DNA from: a virus | Taxonomy: Duplodnaviria > Caudoviricetes | DNA length: 27,356 bases | Direction: 5' to 3' (one strand) | IMG/VR virus record: IMGVR_UViG_3300002307_001278 | Coordinates: 1 to 27,356 of that record | In this document: piece by piece, positions 26,477 through 27,356 of the stretch | Layout of the letters: every line of letters begins with the position of its first letter | Numbering within the stretch: position 1 is the stretch's first letter | Made by a program: the position numbers and the translations under genes | Notes under the pieces: model-generated | What the model was told of the DNA's origin: nothing | The model's input: only the letters and a program-made list of their open reading frames with translations | Database searches by the model: none

Positions 26477-26637
26477 TAACGTCCTCGTCCAGCTGATTTC
26501 TTAGTAGGTTTATTAACATTAACCTGTGACTTGGCCTTTTGGCCTTTAGTGTCTATAGCAACCTTACTATTGCTAGCATGTTGCTCTGCTTGTTTCTTTT
26601 CTAATGCCGCTTTAATTGTATCTTTAAGTGACGCCAT
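26476..26637 (-). CDS. Small Lys-rich 53-aa protein (MASLKDTIKAALEKKQ...KPTKKSAGRGR), absent from the ORF track
   Basis: Read directly; ATG at 26637 preceded by SD GGAG; stop TAA overlaps the ATG of the kinase gene (TAATG). Confidence 0.75.
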   Translation of the reverse strand: MASLKDTIKAALEKKQAEQHASNSKVAIDTKGQKAKSQVNVNKPTKKSAGRGR

Positions 26638-26638
26638 A

Positions 26639-26824
26639 TTATTCTCCTTCAAATATATTTTTCATTGCTATAAAATGTTTGCGCTGTAGTTTGATATTCT
26701 TTTTAACAGCATCAAACTTAGCATTACCCTTCATGCCAGACATAATACCTAATAATTGATCATGCTCAGCAATATGATAATCACAGGCTTCTACGATCAA
26801 CTGTTCTACTTCTTTTACATCCAT
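26639..26824 (-). CDS. Small hypothetical protein
   Basis: ORF track starts at 26857; ATG at 26824 (MDVKEVEQ), right after the upstream stop, preferred; helical, 61 aa. Confidence 0.6.
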   Translation of the reverse strand: MDVKEVEQLIVEACDYHIAEHDQLLGIMSGMKGNAKFDAVKKNIKLQRKHFIAMKNIFEGE

Positions 26825-26825
26825 A

Positions 26826-27356
26826 TTAGTCCCAAAGGTTTTGATAGTATTTGCCAAATAGGCGTGTACCGTTACGGATACGTTCGTGATGTTTCATGTA
26901 TCTTTTCTTATCAAACTTACTAGTATCTTTAGGACCCTTTTTCATCTGATAGGTCAATGGTTTACCGTTAGCATCAAGGTCTTTGCTAGGAACCCATAAT
27001 GTATCATGCTCGCCTGTGTGGAATTGTGCATCATTATCTTCATCACACATTTGTTCAAATGCCCAAATCATTTCGTCCATGACCCAATCCCAACGTTTGA
27101 AGTGATTACAGTCAGTGTCCCAGTCGTTCTTTTTACTTTTAACTGCGGCTTTAGTAGTGCTGCGTAGGCGTTCTGGTACGTCTTCGTCATCAGTCCATGG
27201 AGCACCGTGCTTGGATTCTTTTAGCTGTTTGAGCATAGGTAAGATAATAGGACTAAGTGTACTATCCATGTTCCAGGTATCCCACTTGTCAATCTTAACG
27301 TAGTTAACCTTAGGGTGAACAATGTCTAAGAACTTCATCCAACCAGTAGATACAGG
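26826..27356 (-). CDS. Phage hypothetical protein (5'-truncated by the window)
   Basis: Frame stays open to the window end (PVSTGW before the tracked Met). Trp/Asp-rich VKIDKWDTW.MD...PMLKQLK..KHGAP...RWDWVMDEMIWAFE...RLFGKYYQNLWD recalls a hypothetical family of large myoviruses (from memory, not searched). Confidence 0.75.
   Translation of the reverse strand, partial: PVSTGWMKFLDIVHPKVNYVKIDKWDTWNMDSTLSPIILPMLKQLKESKHGAPWTDDEDVPERLRSTTKAAVKSKKNDWDTDCNHFKRWDWVMDEMIWAFEQMCDEDNDAQFHTGEHDTLWVPSKDLDANGKPLTYQMKKGPKDTSKFDKKRYMKHHERIRNGTRLFGKYYQNLWD

Noticed and set aside
4166-26637. RiPP cluster with the 30-aa, 70-aa or 53-aa ORFs as precursors
   Set aside because: No leader/core pattern, RiPP recognition element, peptidase or exporter seen; kept only as a minor alternative.
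1041-27303. Short alternative-frame or antisense ORFs in the track (1041, 1698, 3219, 4866, 5347, 5387, 10522, 12639, 13731, 13928, 15844, 16071, 17056, 17785, 18154, 19085, 21605, 23571, 24952, 26022, 27115)
   Set aside because: Each lies largely within a longer, better-supported gene and shows no recognisable motif; treated as shadow ORFs.
1-27356. Stop-codon reassignment (alternative genetic code)
   Set aside because: The standard code gives near-complete coding coverage with intact enzymes; TAA, TGA and TAG all occur at sensible gene ends.
1-27356. tRNA, CRISPR array, intron, intein, transposase or integrase
   Set aside because: Intergenic gaps are all under about 100 nt, no repeat-spacer pattern was seen, and no gene shows an obvious insertion; not verified with dedicated tools.

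Overview
This AT-rich, gene-dense window most likely comes from a large tailed-phage genome. It opens with the 3' end of a tail-fibre-like gene carrying a YADLAE autocleavage/chaperone-type C-terminal domain and a Thr/Ala/Gly-rich virion-type protein, and ends in small hypothetical genes of the kind seen in large myoviruses. Between them (about 1.6-26.5 kb) lies a dense cluster of tailoring enzymes: four GT-A-type glycosyltransferases plus one possible GT-B, a NodU/CmcH/TobZ-family O-carbamoyltransferase with a coupled 30-aa ORF, six radical SAM enzymes with auxiliary Cys motifs, seven Fe(II)/2OG-type beta-helix oxygenases, two SGNH proteins, a class I methyltransferase, a PLP fold-I enzyme, a GNAT-like protein, a QueC-like PP-loop ATPase, one or two degenerate kinase-fold proteins and an APS-kinase-like P-loop protein. 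Many enzymes occur as paralog pairs. The first half is one translationally coupled operon behind a sigma70-type promoter. The second half is a patchwork of alternating-strand cassettes, with T4-late-like ATAAATAT boxes at several cassette heads, four of them 5-6 nt before an ATG. No tRNA, rRNA, CRISPR or mobile element was recognised. All family calls come from reading motifs by eye, not from database searches. The substrate of the cluster (virion proteins/glycans, DNA, host surface or a small molecule) cannot be determined from this sequence.
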